Source of the DNA: Cenococcum geophilum
Taxonomy: Eukaryota
Length of the DNA stretch: 64,000 nt
Direction: 5' to 3'
NCBI GenBank assembly: GCA_050273025.1
Contig: CP158635.1
Location: 32,798,001 to 32,862,000 of the forward strand
Under the pieces are notes generated by a model, which was not told where the DNA came from, made no database searches, and saw only the letters and a program-made list of their open reading frames with translations. Numbering within the stretch: the stretch's first letter is position 1; each line of letters begins with the position of its first letter. The position numbers and the translations under genes are program-made. This document shows, piece after piece, positions 1 to 13,961 of this stretch.

Positions 1-1650
1 ACTATCCCCCTTATTAATAGAGAACTAAATGCGATTCTTTAAAGTTTTTAATTATAGCTTAATACGAGCCGATTTAACAAAGTAGGCGGCCAGCTATTAA
101 TAGGAGTAATTATAGGCCGATTGGGTTATACTAGTATAGGTAGTGCGTAACACTAAGCGCTATAGACTAAACTGGCTAGGATAGTAGCAGAAGAGTCCGA
201 AATGGTATATACCCTAAAAGACTTACTCCTAAAAGAGGTAAAGGAAGCCTTATCTACTAATTTAATAGCCTAAAAGATTTAGGCGCAATTAAATAAAGTA
301 AAGAAGAAGGAGAGTTAATAGGGTAGCTGGAGTTAGAGTAATTATACTATCCCAATCTAGCTAAAAGATTAAAAGGATAATAATGGTATACTCTGCTACT
401 AAGGAAGGCTATATATCCTAAGTAGGAGACTATAGCTTAAGGTAATGCAGCGTTACTATAATGGTAAACTAATAGGATATTTTAGTATAACAAAAATGTT
501 AGAACTAGTCTAATATTAGTATTACTAGCCGGAAGTAAGATAATATATTAAAGATTAGATCTAAGGCTGCTATACCTACAGCTAAATTAAGCCGTTAAAA
601 TACTAACTATATAGGGTACTATACCCCCTACTAGTTCTAAGAGGCCCCTAGAAAGATATTATACTTAATTTTGTTATAAAACTACCTCTAAGCAAGTATA
701 TAGGTGTCCAGTATAACGCAGTTCTAGTAATAGTAGACTAATTTATAAAAATGGCCTACTATATCCCTATAAAAGGGGACTTAAAGGCCTAAGGTCTAGC
801 GAACCTACTTATAAAAGAGGTAATTAGACTATATAGAGTCCTACAGTTTATTATATTAGACTAAGGACTAATTCTAACCTCTAAATTTTGGTTTTTACTA
901 TGCTTTTATCTAGAAATTAAGTAAAACTTATTTATTGCGTTTTACCCTTAAACAGATAAGTAGATAAAAAGGTAAAATTAAACTATAGAGCAGTACCTTA
1001 GGGCATTCTATAACCTTAAATAGATAAACTAGGCTAGTCTCCTTACTATAGCAGAGTTTACTTATAACGACTCAATCTATACCTCTATAGGAATAACCCT
1101 ATTTTAGGCAAATAAGGCTAAAACGCTATTTAGAGGCAAGGGTCTAAGAGAAGCTTATAGAGGTAGTATATTAAAGTATGCTAAAGAATTAGCTAATAAA
1201 TTAAAGACAATTTATAATAATTTAAGGCAATCTTTAGTTAAGGCTTAAGAATTTTAAGTAAAATACTATAATATAGGTTATAAACCTATAGAATTTAAGA
1301 AAGGAGACTATATATAGCTGGCGGGTAAGTATATATAGATAAGTAGACCTAGGAAAAAGCTAGATTATAAGAACTTTAGACCCTTTAAGGTTATAAAGGT
1401 AATTAATACGCAGGTATATTAGCTTAAATTGCTAAAAAATTAGAAAATTTATAATATATTCTATATATCCCTTTTAGAAAAATATATACCAGATATAGTT
1501 AGCGGAAGATAATAGTTTATACCTTATTTTATAGATATACCCAAATTGGAACAATAGCATATTAAGGCCATTCTAGGCAAAATAGAAGATAAAAATAAAA
1601 ATATAAAGTACTAAGTATATTAGAAAGGATATAGTTTAGAAGACAATATA

Positions 1651-3481
1651 TATTAGCATTTTATTAGGGTATTAAGATCCTAGAGGCCTCCTAATAGGAT
1701 TTTGACTTTCCTAGAGGTTCTAATTGTCCTAGTAGGCTCCTAGTAGGCTCCTAGCAGGATTTTAATTTTCTTAATTATCCTAGTTATTCTAACGGGCTCC
1801 TAGTAGGATTTTTAATTTCCTAATTGTCCTTTTACGGTCCTATTAGGGTTTTAATAGGAAACTAGTATTTCCTAATTATTTCTAATAGGCTCTTAGTAGG
1901 ATCTTAATTTTCCTAATTGTCCTATTAGGTTCCTAACAGAATACCCCTAAGCGATACTTCTCCTAACCCCCCCCCCCTTAAAGCAACACCTCCTATATAT
2001 ACCCCTTAAGACACCCCCCTAATATAATACCCTTCCCACTGTAATACCCCCCCTAATGGGATACCTTCCCCCTAATACAACACGACCCTATATACGCGTG
2101 CGCGCGATATACAGTGCTATTAGGTCCCCGCTATATTCCTAATAGCCTATATATGCCTTTGCTAAGTTACCCCCTTTGTAGTTACCCTATTCTTTACCCT
2201 TCCTTATATCCTCCCTTAGGAGGCACTAAAATGGCAGCCAGTAGAGGACCGTCGCTAAAACTAGACGACCGTCGCTAGAACTAGACGACCGTTATAAGAA
2301 CTAGACAACAACCTTTTAAATAACCAGCTAGCGAAGACCACGAACAATTCAATTAATCGATTAATCAAATTTAATATTGGCCTATTACCGAATTTTATTA
2401 AGGCCTCCTAGGGAGGCACCCTAAACAACTACCGTTTAAATATACAGCTAGCGAACGGCCATAGAGAACGACCTGGATCAATTAAAGCCTTCAATTAGGC
2501 TAACCTCTCCCCCGAATTAAATTAGATACTAATATAGGTAGGTAAGTAGGTAGGTAGGTAAGTAGGTAAGTAGGTAGGTAGGTAGGTAGGTAAGTAGGTA
2601 GGTAGGCAGGCAGGTAGGTAGGTAAGTAGGAGAGGACCGTCATCAGAACTAGACAATAATCGTTTAAACAACCAGCCAGCGAACACCACGATCGATTTAA
2701 TCGATCGATCGAATCGAACCAGAGCCTTAATATCAGCCTATTACCAAATCAAATCGAATTAAGGCCTCCTAGGGAGGCACCCCAGACGACTACTGTTTAA
2801 ACGTATAGCTAACGAACGCCTATAGAGAACGATTTAAATCAATATAATTAATCGCAATCGAATTAAGCAGAGCCTTTAATCGGGCCGACCTCTTCCCCAA
2901 ATTACAGATACAGACAGGTAGGCATAGACAAGTAGGCACGACAGGCATAGGCAGGCATATACAGGTAGGATAGGCAGATAGGCAGGTAGGCAGGCAGGCA
3001 GGCAGGCACTAGGCCTAGTTAGGAAATCAGCATACGACCGGCGGATCATCGGGAACACCGCCAATCGACAATTTGGAGCCTTCGCGAGAGGCTCCTCAGT
3101 CGATCGCCCGAGCGATCGTAGAGCTCTATAATAGACACAGGCGGTAGACAGGAGAGATTAGTTTGGATTATTTAGATTATATATAATTAAATTAATTTTG
3201 TATTTTTTAACTAGCTGCAAATACTGGAGTGTTAATATACCTTATTTTTAAATCTAGAATTTTTATTATTGTCCTAATGGTCCTAATGGTCCTAATAGTC
3301 CTAATAGTCCTAGAGGTCCTAGAGGTCCTAAAGGTCCTAGTAATCCTGGTAGTCCGGGCGACCTCCTAATAGGTTCCTAATAGGATGCCGAGTGTAAGTA
3401 TCTCCTAAAGCTCCTAACAGCCCTAATAGGAGCTGTTAGGAGCTGTTAGTACTGTTAAGAGGTATAAACATTTTGCTAATA
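1651..3481. mobile_element. Non-autonomous insertion with 8-bp terminal inverted repeats and many internal repeats; superfamily unassigned
   Basis: Ends are tattagca (1651) and tgctaata (3474-3481). Removing it with a TA duplication restores the in-frame chromodomain EDNT|WEPAENL. Subterminal cctaa(t/c)agg repeats occur at both ends. No coding capacity seen. Confidence 0.75.
2537..2630 (+). repeat. (TAGG)n-type microsatellite
   Basis: Runs of taggtaggtaagtagg; a related caggcagg/caggtagg tract lies at ~2910-3010. Confidence 0.9.
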
Positions 3482-3961
3482 TATAAAAACTAGCTAAAAA
3501 CTTATTAAAAACCACAATAAGAGCTTATAAGCGCACTTTAGGACAAAATAGGCTACGGACTACCTATAACTCGGACCTTAAAAGTAAGAACTATAATAGA
3601 CCAGAACGGCCCCTAAAAAAAGAAAGGGTGCTAAATAGTAACTCTTTTCTAATTTCCCCCCAAATAGGGTTTTATAGGTTTTAGTAAGACTATAAAAGGA
3701 CTTAGTTAGTCTAACTAGGACAATAATATAATTAGGAACGAATTAGAACTAATATAGTAGAATTTAGTTTAGGGAGTACTAATAGTGCCCTATAGCTAAA
3801 AGAGCCAGTTTATACCTACCTAGGTAAGAAATATAAAAGAAAAGGGCTAATCTATTACTTTTTTCGCTAACTAACCTAAATATAATAAAAGAAACTAAAC
3901 TAAGGCCGCCACTTAAAGGAATCTATAAGATATTAACCTAGCTAAAAAAGGTTAAGAAAGG

Positions 3962-4147
3962 TGTTAGGAATATAGGCAAGTTGCTATTATATAAGGTAAG
4001 TTGCCATTATATGTCGCCGCGGCACTAGCGTAGCGAGGAGCCCTAAGCTTCTTGCCCTTCCTTAAGTAAGAGGAATAGAGAGAGAATAACAATTATCATA
4101 CTACCTATAACTTGTAGATAACGTAATATCACCTTATAAAACCAACA
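3962..4147 (+). repeat. 5' LTR of Copia element
   Basis: tgttaggaa...accaaca; matches 9672-9876. Confidence 0.93.
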
Positions 4148-4599
4148 CTAATTAGTGGTTAACTTTACTATTATACTATAGAATAGTTAGATATTTTACT
4201 AAGAAGAGATAAGCTACTATACCAGTACTACTCGTGCTAAAGGAAGCTGTCTTTTAAGGTTAGAACTAGTTTTAAACCTTAAATAGAACTCTTTTATAAA
4301 TCTAAGGATCTAAAAGGCCAGAACTAGTCCTAAGCCTTTCCTAAATTATAGATTCTTGCGTCTATTATATAGAATAACACGCTTTATAAGTCCTTATAAT
4401 TTAAGGCTAGAACTAGTCCTAAGCCCTATAATCGTAGATTCTCGTCATAAACGCGTACTAAATGACAATCCTTACACCAATAATATATCCCTTTCTCTAA
4501 AAAATAGCTACTCTAAACAACTAGAAAGACTTCTTACTACTAGGGGTAGCTAAGTACGCGAAACTTATTAATAAATATTAGGACGAATTCGCCTTTAAT

Positions 4600-7500
4600 A
4601 TAATAACTTATACCGCAAAACGGGTTAACAGCTTTCTCCTATACTATATTATATTCTACTAAAATAGATACTACGCCAATTTATAACTATAGGAGTATTT
4701 TAGGGAGGATTTTATAGGATGGACTGCTGATACCTAGGCACTTAGCAATATTAATATTGTTTAGGATTTTTAAGACTTTCTTTATAGAAATGGGGTATAT
4801 ATTACTAAGAACGGTAACCTAATTACTAGTAATATTTAGGCCATTATTATTAGTATAGAAGAACTAGTATAGACGGAAGCTAAAATTATACGTTAATTAC
4901 GGAAACCTAGAACCAACCTATATTCTTTAAAAGATAACTTTAATTTATATTAAAACCCCTAGAACGCTAATCCCCTATATAGAGGTGCTCTTCTACTAGG
5001 AGGTGCTCTCTTACTAGGAGGTGCCCTTTTACCTATAGGTGCTTTTCCTCTACCTCCTTTACTGCCTTTAACTTCTCCATCCTAGCTAACCGGCGAGCCT
5101 TTATTATAAGAAGTCACGAATTTAATAAAGGTATATTTAGACGAAGAGAAGAAGTTTAGAGGAGAACTATACGATATACTTAGAATAAAACTATAGGTCT
5201 TTTATAACTATTGCAATAAAGTTAAAATTTAAAGCCACTAGTACTATTATGCTTTCTCTATTATGTTAAAGGGACGGGTAGTAACATTTTATTACGACTA
5301 TATTACGGGTAGAAACTATAGCTTTAATATAATACTTTAGCTCACTAAAGCCCACTTTAAGACTAATAAGAATCGCTAGCTTTATATATCCAAATAGTAA
5401 AAGACTATATTTTAAAAAGTTATCGCTTTTAACTTAATAAAGACTCGTTTAGAGTACCTTTAACTACTCTTTAATAAACTTTAGAAAATCTAACGTGGCC
5501 TTACTAAAACTTATTAAAATAAGAACAGCCTAAGGGACTAGGTTATCTTAGCCTGCTATAACGTTTTTAAGTATAATTTAGCGCTATATAAACCTATAAA
5601 TATATTTAAAGGAGTATATGCTAAGCTACGCTCTGCTATAGGTACTATAATGCAAATATAAGAATCTTAATAGTTCTATACTAAAAACCCTACCTAACTA
5701 AGTATTCCTAACTAACATAATTATAACTAGACTAACTAAATATATAGTAGCCGTAGTAGGGAATACGGTAAAGGGTATAATTAATATTAACTATAAGGTA
5801 ATTATAGAGGTCCTTATAAAGGTTTATTCTAAAGTAATTACTAAAAAAAGTGCTACGGTTGTAAGAAACCGAATTGCTAGTTAACTAGGTATTCTCTTAA
5901 TAAACGAAAGAAGGTATATAATAAGTTTCGCTAAAGTATAAGAAATATTAGAAATTATAAGGTTACTATGGCCTACTTTTAAAGCTTCCTAGTTTAATAT
6001 AAAGGCGTAGAAGATCTTAAGGGTAAGGTTAATAAGGCCGAATAGCTCCTTATAGATATAGAAATTAAGGACTACTTACCTAACCAATACTTTACTAAGT
6101 ATAGTAAGGTAAATAGTATATAAACCGTCGCTGTTCTTAATAACCAATCTACGCTCTACTCTATTACGAAGTTAGATATCTTTAACGAGCTAAAGGAGAG
6201 TTTTACGTTCTCCTTTAATAATAAATACTTAGTAAACGTCTTTTATAGTATTATACCAGACACTAAAGCCGTAGGAGTATCTATAGTAGGAGAACCTTAA
6301 GTTTAAGCCCTTTAGCAGCTTAATAGCTCTATTTAGATTAACTATTTAACAGTAGGCTAACATACAATTCGTTTTAGTAAGGGTACTATAATCTCTCTTA
6401 GTACAATTAGGGGTTAAACCCCCTTAGGGTATATCACTTTTTATATTATTCCCATAAATACCCCGTTTTTATTTTATATTAGAGATATAAATTAATTAGG
6501 CGTTAAGCTTAATAACCTTAAGAATATACTTATTTAAGGAGATAATTGGGTGCCTATTATACGCAAGTAGGGTTACCCCTAGTTGCTCCTTTACTAACTA
6601 AAAAAGAGTATTACTTAGAGCTACTTAACTAAGTTAGAGTTACGCCAACTACACCGTTATTTTAGCCACCTATCCATTTATCAATTACTTAGGGTTCTTT
6701 AGTAAGTAGGCCGTAAAGTTAAAATTAAGGCAATTAAGTATCTTATAAAGTACTATTACTACTACTAAATAAACTAGAAGTCCCCTAGCCGATTTAAGTT
6801 TACCCTTAAAGATAACTACGACTTTAACTTCTGTATTATTGTTAACGTTATATATCTTAGCGGCAAGCTAGTACTTTAAGTTATTAACTTTTTAACCTCC
6901 TTCTAAGCCGTACAATTTTTAAAGAATATATTAGCTAGGAACGTATAAAATACCCTTTAATTATACTAAATTAATGTCTACTTAGGACCCCTTAACTAAA
7001 TCGTCTATAATATAAAAAAGAACTTCTTATTTATAGAGTTTCGATAATAGATAAAGGCAATAGCAATTAAGGTTAAGGAAGTTCCTATTAAGGCATATAA
7101 TAGCGTTAGAAAAGTAAAGTAATATTACGCGCTATTACGCCGCGTATATAAGATTATCTCTTTAGAACTAGAGAATACTAGTAAAGAACTTACCTTATAG
7201 ATGGCTGTTAAAGCTGTTAATAATTTCGCTAGTCTTTAATACCTACCCTTAAATAACTAATAATTTTCCGCTATTTCCCTCTATTATATAATAAGCTAAA
7301 GCTATTCGTAAGGTAATAAAGGAGGTATAACGTCTCTACGCTATATACTAAGTTAACAACGCACTAGGAATAAGAAATGGCCTAAATACCTTAACTATGC
7401 TTAATCTATTACTCTAGTCTAAGGTACGCGTATAGCGTAAAAAGGGAGGATAGTTAGGCCTATATTAACTTATTATAATTAATGGTTAAACTTATACTAT

Positions 7501-9325
7501 TTAGATGCCTTATAAACCCACTTAATTCCATTTAACTATTATTAAGCCTTACTATAAAGATAATAGTTCTAAGCCTTTATAGAATACCCTAGAGGAGAAC
7601 TATAATTAACGTGCTCTAGAAGGCGACTATAATTCTAATATAATTATAGTAGAGGTTCCGCAACTATAACGCGGTAAAGGTCGCCTAAAGGGATTATAAA
7701 ATTGCTAATATTTTATTAATTTTAAAGAGCAATTTATTGCCGCCATTAAGAATGGAGTTAAGTTATTAATGGCCTTTATAACAGCTAAGGAGAAGGCTAA
7801 CTTTAAGCTTATAAAATAGCTTTAAAAGGAAGATTATATTATAACTTCTAGAGCTCCTTTTTAAGTATCCAATAAGTAGGAGATCGATAGTCTTATTATA
7901 AGAGGAGTCTTTAAATTTAAGAAGTATAACCCTACTAAGTTTAACGAAGTTCGTATCCTTAAGTTAAGAATTGTTAATAAGATTAAAGGCAAAGCTACTA
8001 ACGCCCTATTTAAAAAATTAAGGCTTATTATTTAAGGTTATAACAATAATAGTAAGGAGGTAATTCTTATATAATCTCCTACGATTTAACAAGCTAGTTA
8101 GCGAGTTATTATTATACTAGCTCCCTCCTTAATAAAGAATAAAATGGCGGTCTATTTATAAGATATTACTTAGGCCTATACCTAATTAAAGACGCACCTT
8201 TAGCGCTTAATATTAGTATACTTTTTAGAGCAAATTTATTACTAATATCCTAAAGATACGATTATAGTTATGCTTAAGCTATTATATAGAATTATAGAGG
8301 TAGGAACCTATTAATAGGCTACCTATAGTAAGCACTATAAAGAGAAGCTTTTAATAACTACTTTTATATTTAATCCCTACTTCCTTATTATAACTACGGG
8401 AACTCTATTTAGAATTGTTGGCATATACACTAATAATATAATTATCTTAGAAGATGACTAGTTTTTAGTTCTTAAAGAAGACAAGCTAGTAAAGGTAAAT
8501 CTTATAGTAAAGCTAAAGGAAAAGTTTAAGTTAATAACACTATTACTCTTTAATAAATGTATCCTTGCCTTAAACAAGGATTCTATTACTTTACGCTAGA
8601 AGGGTTAAGGTAAGAATATTAACGTTATTAACATTAATTCTCTAAAGTAAGGATATGTGGAGTAACGCGCTTATAGAGTGTATATTACTTCTATCTATTA
8701 ACCTAAGGCTTTATTTAATCTTTTTATTACCGCCTAATACTAGGAACTAACTAAGGATAACGTTCTTACCCTAAATAAACGTCTTTTCTAGCAAATAAAT
8801 AATCTTAATTGGGGACTACTCTACGTGCCTATTAATCTTCCTACTACTAAGCTCTTTATATTTATTAATGGATTGTTTATAAATAATAAAGATTTTAGCT
8901 CCTAGTTAGGATATAAGATTATTATTATAAATAAATCTACTAGAGAGAATAACTTTATAATCTACGGCAATTTTATTTACTAAAGCTTAACTAAAAGTAA
9001 GCGCGTTACTTAAAGCGTTTTAGCGTTAGAGATATATAAAATAGTTAGCGGAGTTAATATAGCAATTGTAATTGGAACTACCCTAAAGATAATTATAGAT
9101 TAACTTAAACTTCCTGCTATCCCTATAATCGTATACACCGACTTATATTCCCTCTATAAGTATTTAGTTAAGCTTAGTACTATAAAGAAGAAGCGCCTTA
9201 TAATCGATATTATAGCACTTTAGCAATCCTATAAGCGTTAAAAACTCTTTAAGATTTAATAGATTAATAGCTAAGATAACCTAGTAAATATAATAATAAA
9301 GGTAAACCTAAACAAGGCACTAGAG
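4600..9325 (+). pseudogene. gag-pol: Copia gag-pol polyprotein remnant
   Basis: Zinc knuckle CYGCKKPNCW (~5851), protease IPDTGA (~6255), integrase HRHFGHP...C..C (~6650-6770), RT KSRLVIQG / LKPLYG / GM.TDD (~8010-8440), RNase H FVDGSFAN and YTDS...NPADAMTK (~8860-9300). Start is approximate. Confidence 0.9.
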
Positions 9326-9671
9326 ACGTTTATTAATATAAATACTCTATATATATAAGTTAAAGGTTAGGTTAAAAGGGAGTAGGAGTATAATATTTTA
9401 TAAACCCTAACTTAAATTAGCTAATTAAGATTTTCTATCCCCAGAATAGAAAATCGCTATTAGCTTGCTTACTACTAGTGCCTTAGCGGCCCTCCTAATA
9501 AGATATCTACCTACGGCTCCTAAGTAAGAAAGCACTACGTGCTAAGAGGCAAATTTTGGGACAGCGAGACTTATATTATAATGGCAATAGTAAGTAAGGA
9601 GGATTAATATTTATTACGCTAGTCGAGCGGTATATATATATAGATAGCAACCGTAAAAGAAGAATTGCTAG

Positions 9672-9876
9672 TATTGGGAATATAGGCAAGTTGCCATCAC
9701 GCGAGGCAAGTTGCCGTCACGTGAGGTAAGTTGCCGTTACGTGTCGCCGCGGCACTAGCGTGGCGAGGAGCCCTAAGTTTCTTGCCCTTTCTTAAGTAAG
9801 AGGAATAGAGAGAGAATAATAATCATTATACTACCTATAACTTATAGATATATAATATCACCTTATAAAACTAATA
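9672..9876 (+). repeat. 3' LTR of Copia element
   Basis: Matches the 5' LTR but has three copies of a 20-bp ggcaagttgccatcacgcga unit instead of two; followed by TSD AAAGG. Confidence 0.93.
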
Positions 9877-9894
9877 AAAGGACTACTTATTAAG

Positions 9895-11250
9895 CGCTAG
9901 TACTAAATCCTGCCGAACTAAAGCTATTAGCTAAATCGTCCTTAACTAAAGAAGAATAAGCTATATTAGCACTAGAATTGCGCTTTAGATTCCCTAAAGT
10001 ATTAGGAGAAGTTATATTACTACTAATTAGCTTAAAATGGCTAAGGGGATTAGCTTAAGGTGTAGGAGAGATTATAGGGGTTAGAGTGCTGCTAATAAGC
10101 TCTATATTATTAAAACGGTCGGCAATACGGCGTAAAGTAGTGTTAATGCTAGTTATACTCCCTTTAAGAAAATTAAGCTAGGCCCTTAGGTCCTTAACGT
10201 TATAAGAAAGGCGCTAAAGGAGGTTAGTATAACTATTAAGCTCTATAATAACCTTAGTAGGAGTAGCTAGAGTATATTATACCTAAAATAGACTAATTAG
10301 CATTAAGAATAGCTAAAAGAATACTAATAAGACCTATAGTAGTAAGAGCTTCCTAGAGATATTCCGAGTTTTATTTTAGCAAATTAGATATACTATTTAA
10401 CTAAATAGATAGGACCCTAATAGGAGAAGTTAGGGCTAATTTTTATAGAAAGAATAAGATAAAAGCTAGAATGTCCCTTTATAGAATAAAGGTTAACTTA
10501 TTAGGCTTAGTAGGAGTAATAGAGTTAAAAGAGATAGTATAAGACTTCTTAGTAGTAGCAGAGCTAAATCTAGCTAAAGGGCTAGAATAAATCCTAGTAG
10601 TGCTAAACGGGGCACCTTAGCTATAATTACCTCTTTAACTCTAAGAAGGTCCTCTTTAAAAAGAATTAAGGTTAATTTTAACTTACTTATGTTTAGGTAT
10701 AGCCTTATAGCGCCGTTTGCTACTAAATAAGGATAGATAGGGTATAGGAGTAGTAGATAAGGTACTAAAGGTAACTGAGCTAAAAGATGCCTTAAAGATG
10801 CTGTGTTTAGCTAAAGCGGCCCTAATAGAGTAATTATAACGCAGAAGTTTTTTTACTAGACCTATTAAAGTAATAAGTGCCCATATAGGCCGTGAGATTA
10901 TTATTTTAAAAAATGTGGTAGCTATTAGGGTTAATAGGAAACTAAAGGGGCTAGAAGAAATTACTTATATATAAAGCGCCTTTATTAAAACTATATAAGC
11001 ACCATCCACGTTACCTTAAAGAGTCTTAATTTGGTCTATATCTCCTTAGTTAATAGCTAAGATTAGGTCCTAAGCAAGTTTCTAAAATTTAATAGATTAG
11101 TTAAATAAGTGTTTAGGGATCTATGGGACTAGTTAGTTAAATAAACACAACACTTAACTAAAAAGATATAATCTAAAGTTAATAGTGTAGGAGGGTACGA
11201 CCTCTCTAAAATAGGAAAGTCTTAGTGCTGTCTGTTAGTCGGTTAGTTAT
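9895..11250 (-). pseudogene. Possible antisense gene in the 3' region of Gypsy A (coiled-coil then Ser/Pro-rich tail)
   Basis: The minus frame ~10280-9895 reads ...AELNSHADLLQRLSHDVEDLRAQLDFLEGSVASIDTTLRRIADRF... after RIP reversion, preceded by a gctaat...ttttag branch/acceptor-like signal. Upstream exons are uncertain. Confidence 0.4.
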
Positions 11251-11941
11251 AATTAGTTAAAATTAAGCAGTAAGAAGAGAAAGAAAAGGGTATATTAAAG
11301 GAAAATTATATATCTATTGGTGTCGCCTAAGTTATTAAAGACTCTAAGGGCTCTAGACCGACCTATATAACTATAAAAGGCCTAGGCTCTCCTAAAGCTA
11401 CGCTTAATCTAAATATTAAATCTAGGGGGCCAAATCACACTACTATATACCTCCCCTACCTAAGTTGTTGTCCCCTAACAACTTCTAAAACTCTAAAACT
11501 CCTTATCTTTAAAATAAAGGCGCAGTAGGTAATTATATACGTTCCTTACCCTTACTATAAACCTAAGATAGTAAATAAGGAGACTCCGTTCTAGTTAAAC
11601 GAGACCATTCTTATCCGCCTGGCTAAGCAGTACAAGATATATTAAACTGGCGGTTCTTAGATAATATAGCTCTTTTATATTCTTCCACTTACTCAGTTTT
11701 ATCCTATAATTCTTTAGGCAACTCTATATAACTCTATCCTTCTATAATAATTAGGGGTACTCTACTTGGATCTACCGTAATAGCTAAAGGATTAATTCTA
11801 TTGTTAATATAGTAGAAGTATAAGCGGCTGTTAAAGCGCTATATTTTAGTTATATATATAAGCTAAAACGCATCCTTGTAGTTCTTAACGGCCTTTAAAT
11901 AATAGGAATGCATTTATTTCGCGACTTTATGTAAGGGATAT

Positions 11942-12131
11942 TATTGCGGACACCTTGGGTTGCCCTCAGGACAACCCCCGGACGCCCCTTAGATAGTCGC
12001 CGGTCACGTGCCGGAGGCACGTGCCCGTAGTATATAGTCTCCACGATCCCAGAGGCCTTACCTCCTTAAGGATTCGTCTCTCTTACCAATCTATCCTGTT
12101 CCAATCGTGTCCTTATAGCCCCCTGTTTACA
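11942..12131 (-). repeat. 3' LTR of minus-strand Gypsy element C
   Basis: GC-rich 190-bp block; on the minus strand it begins tgtaaac right after purine-rich taaggggatct and ends ...gcaata. No TSD pair flanks it, so it is not a solo LTR. Confidence 0.65.
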
Positions 12132-13497
12132 AGATCCCCTTATACTTTATTCCTATTACTAGTAAGAAGAAGATTATAATCTTAGATTACTACTAGAGAA
12201 TTCTATTATTATTTACTAAAAAGGGTGTTAAATAGAGCGCTAGTAGCTATAAGCTTAACTACTGCAAGGAAGCGATATAGAATTGCGCTATAGAGATTAG
12301 CATATCTAGACAGCGTATAGGGCGGCGCTCTTAAGTCTTAGTGCGCATCTGCCAACTCAGCCTAAGTACCTCCTTTAGTAACCTTAAGGTTATTGTAATC
12401 GTCCTAGATACTAACGAACTATAGCAGTATTATTCGCTGGGTTCTAGTTAAAGGTCCTTTTGCCCTATAAGGAAGGTAAGGCATAGTTATATACATATCT
12501 CCTTTTTTATATAGCTAAGCTACCTAGCTAGTTATATACTTTTCTACGTCTTTAGTAGTCTAGTCTTAGTTAAAGATCTTATAAATAAATCCATTACCCT
12601 TAGTTAATCCTCGCGCCTTAAGATCCTCCTATTATAATTTTAGGTGGTAATATATACCGAGTAGGATAATTATATAGTTATCCTTAGTCTTATTATCTAG
12701 AGAAACGCTCTTTTAGATTATATTAGCACCGCGTCCACTTTTAAGGAGTAAGGGAATATTAATATTAATATGGCGGAAAGCTGTAGAGTCTCCTTTAACC
12801 GCGAATTTTGTATAATAAGGGTAGGAAATAAGTTGCCACTAGCTGTTAGGTTTAAGAGCGTAATAAAGATAATAATACTAAGGGTCTTATCTTATTAGCT
12901 ATTAGTAGAGACTATAGACTATTATTCTTAACTAGCTATAATTTAGCCGCCTATTAATTAAACGCTAATGGTAGCGGTACATGCGCATTTCCTTATTAAT
13001 TATCGCCGAGATACTAGAATCCCACTACTATCCAAATAGGTTTAAAATTACAGATTCTTCTTATTACTATACTTTTTAGTCTTCTAGTAATATTATCTAA
13101 TTAAGTAAAGCCTCTCTGTTGTATAAAAACCTTGGCGCTAAGTTATAAATAAACTTATATAGTCTTAAGGAGTTAGACAGAACTAGAGGCCTATAAGCCT
13201 TTCTAAATTAAGAGTACGTAGTAAAACCAGTCTTTATAGTGCTAAGGTAATTATAAGTGTAATATATTAAACGGAGTCTATAATACAGTATGGTATAGTT
13301 TAAACCCTTTATCGCTAAACCTATATATCCTCCTATAGCTTACGTATATATCTAGTAAACCTTATATATCTCTAGATTAGAACTAGCTGCCCTATACTAA
13401 CTACATAAGAGCTTTATAACCTTAGTTAGTTTAATTTTAATAGTTTAGTTTAGGGACACCTTAAAATAAGTAGGTACGTTATCTTTGCAGTTATATC

Positions 13498-13921
13498 TGT
13501 TACGGACGCTTTAAGTACAATGTTATAACTACTTGGAGAAGAGTTGGAAGAAGCTAGTTGGTTAATAAGAGCACGGTTTAGAATAGATCTGGTAGAACTA
13601 TGTGACGAGGAATGGTAGTATAAGTCATATAATGTGATTTGTGTAATCTGTGTGATCTGTATAATTTGTAACAAAGCAGATAGAGCGCACGTATATTACG
13701 TATAAAAAGGATTTTATAGGAGTACGGTTGTGTATTTAAGGACCCTTAGTCCCTACCTAGATAGTTCCTTCCTTATAGTGATTCTCAGAATATAATTAGA
13801 GTTAATCTATTAGGTAACCACTCCACCAGTTATTATTCGTTGTTAACTTTAACTTGCAATACCTATATACCTAGCCTATTAACAGGACCTACCGTAGTAC
13901 TTGCTATAAGGTTCCGTTACA
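13498..13921 (+). repeat. 5' LTR of B1
   Basis: Direct repeat of 21115-21529; homologous to 38100-38523 and 51790-52214. Confidence 0.95.
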
Positions 13922-13961
13922 TAATTACTACCTAGTTATAGTTTTAAGGAAGTCAAACAAC

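Larger units (their letters stand above)
1..3600 (+). pseudogene. pol: Gypsy element A: 3' end of pol (integrase + chromodomain), RIP-decayed, interrupted at 1651-3481
   Basis: De-RIPed translation gives integrase motifs (C-x2-C, P..[33 protein letters not shown] near 930-1000), GPF (GPFKVIKVI) and a chromodomain Y.VHWKGY..EDNT that continues as WEPAENL at 3482. Confidence 0.9.
3962..9876 (+). mobile_element. Full-length Ty1/Copia LTR retrotransposon (RIP-inactivated)
   Basis: LTRs at 3962-4147 and 9672-9876 (TG...CA, partly RIPed), 5-bp TSD AAAGG at 3957-3961 and 9877-9881, domain order gag-PR-IN-RT-RH. Confidence 0.95.

Noticed and set aside
1680..2310. CRISPR-like spaced repeats
   Set aside because: Eukaryotic RIPed context; repeats are degenerate tandem units without unique spacers, and there are no cas genes.
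2876..3064. ORF-track 62-aa ORF (ACLPACLP...)
   Set aside because: Translation of a caggcagg microsatellite; no sign of a real gene.
11942..12131. Solo LTR
   Set aside because: Flanks do not form a TSD, and a purine tract precedes it on the minus strand, so it fits better as the 3' LTR of element C.
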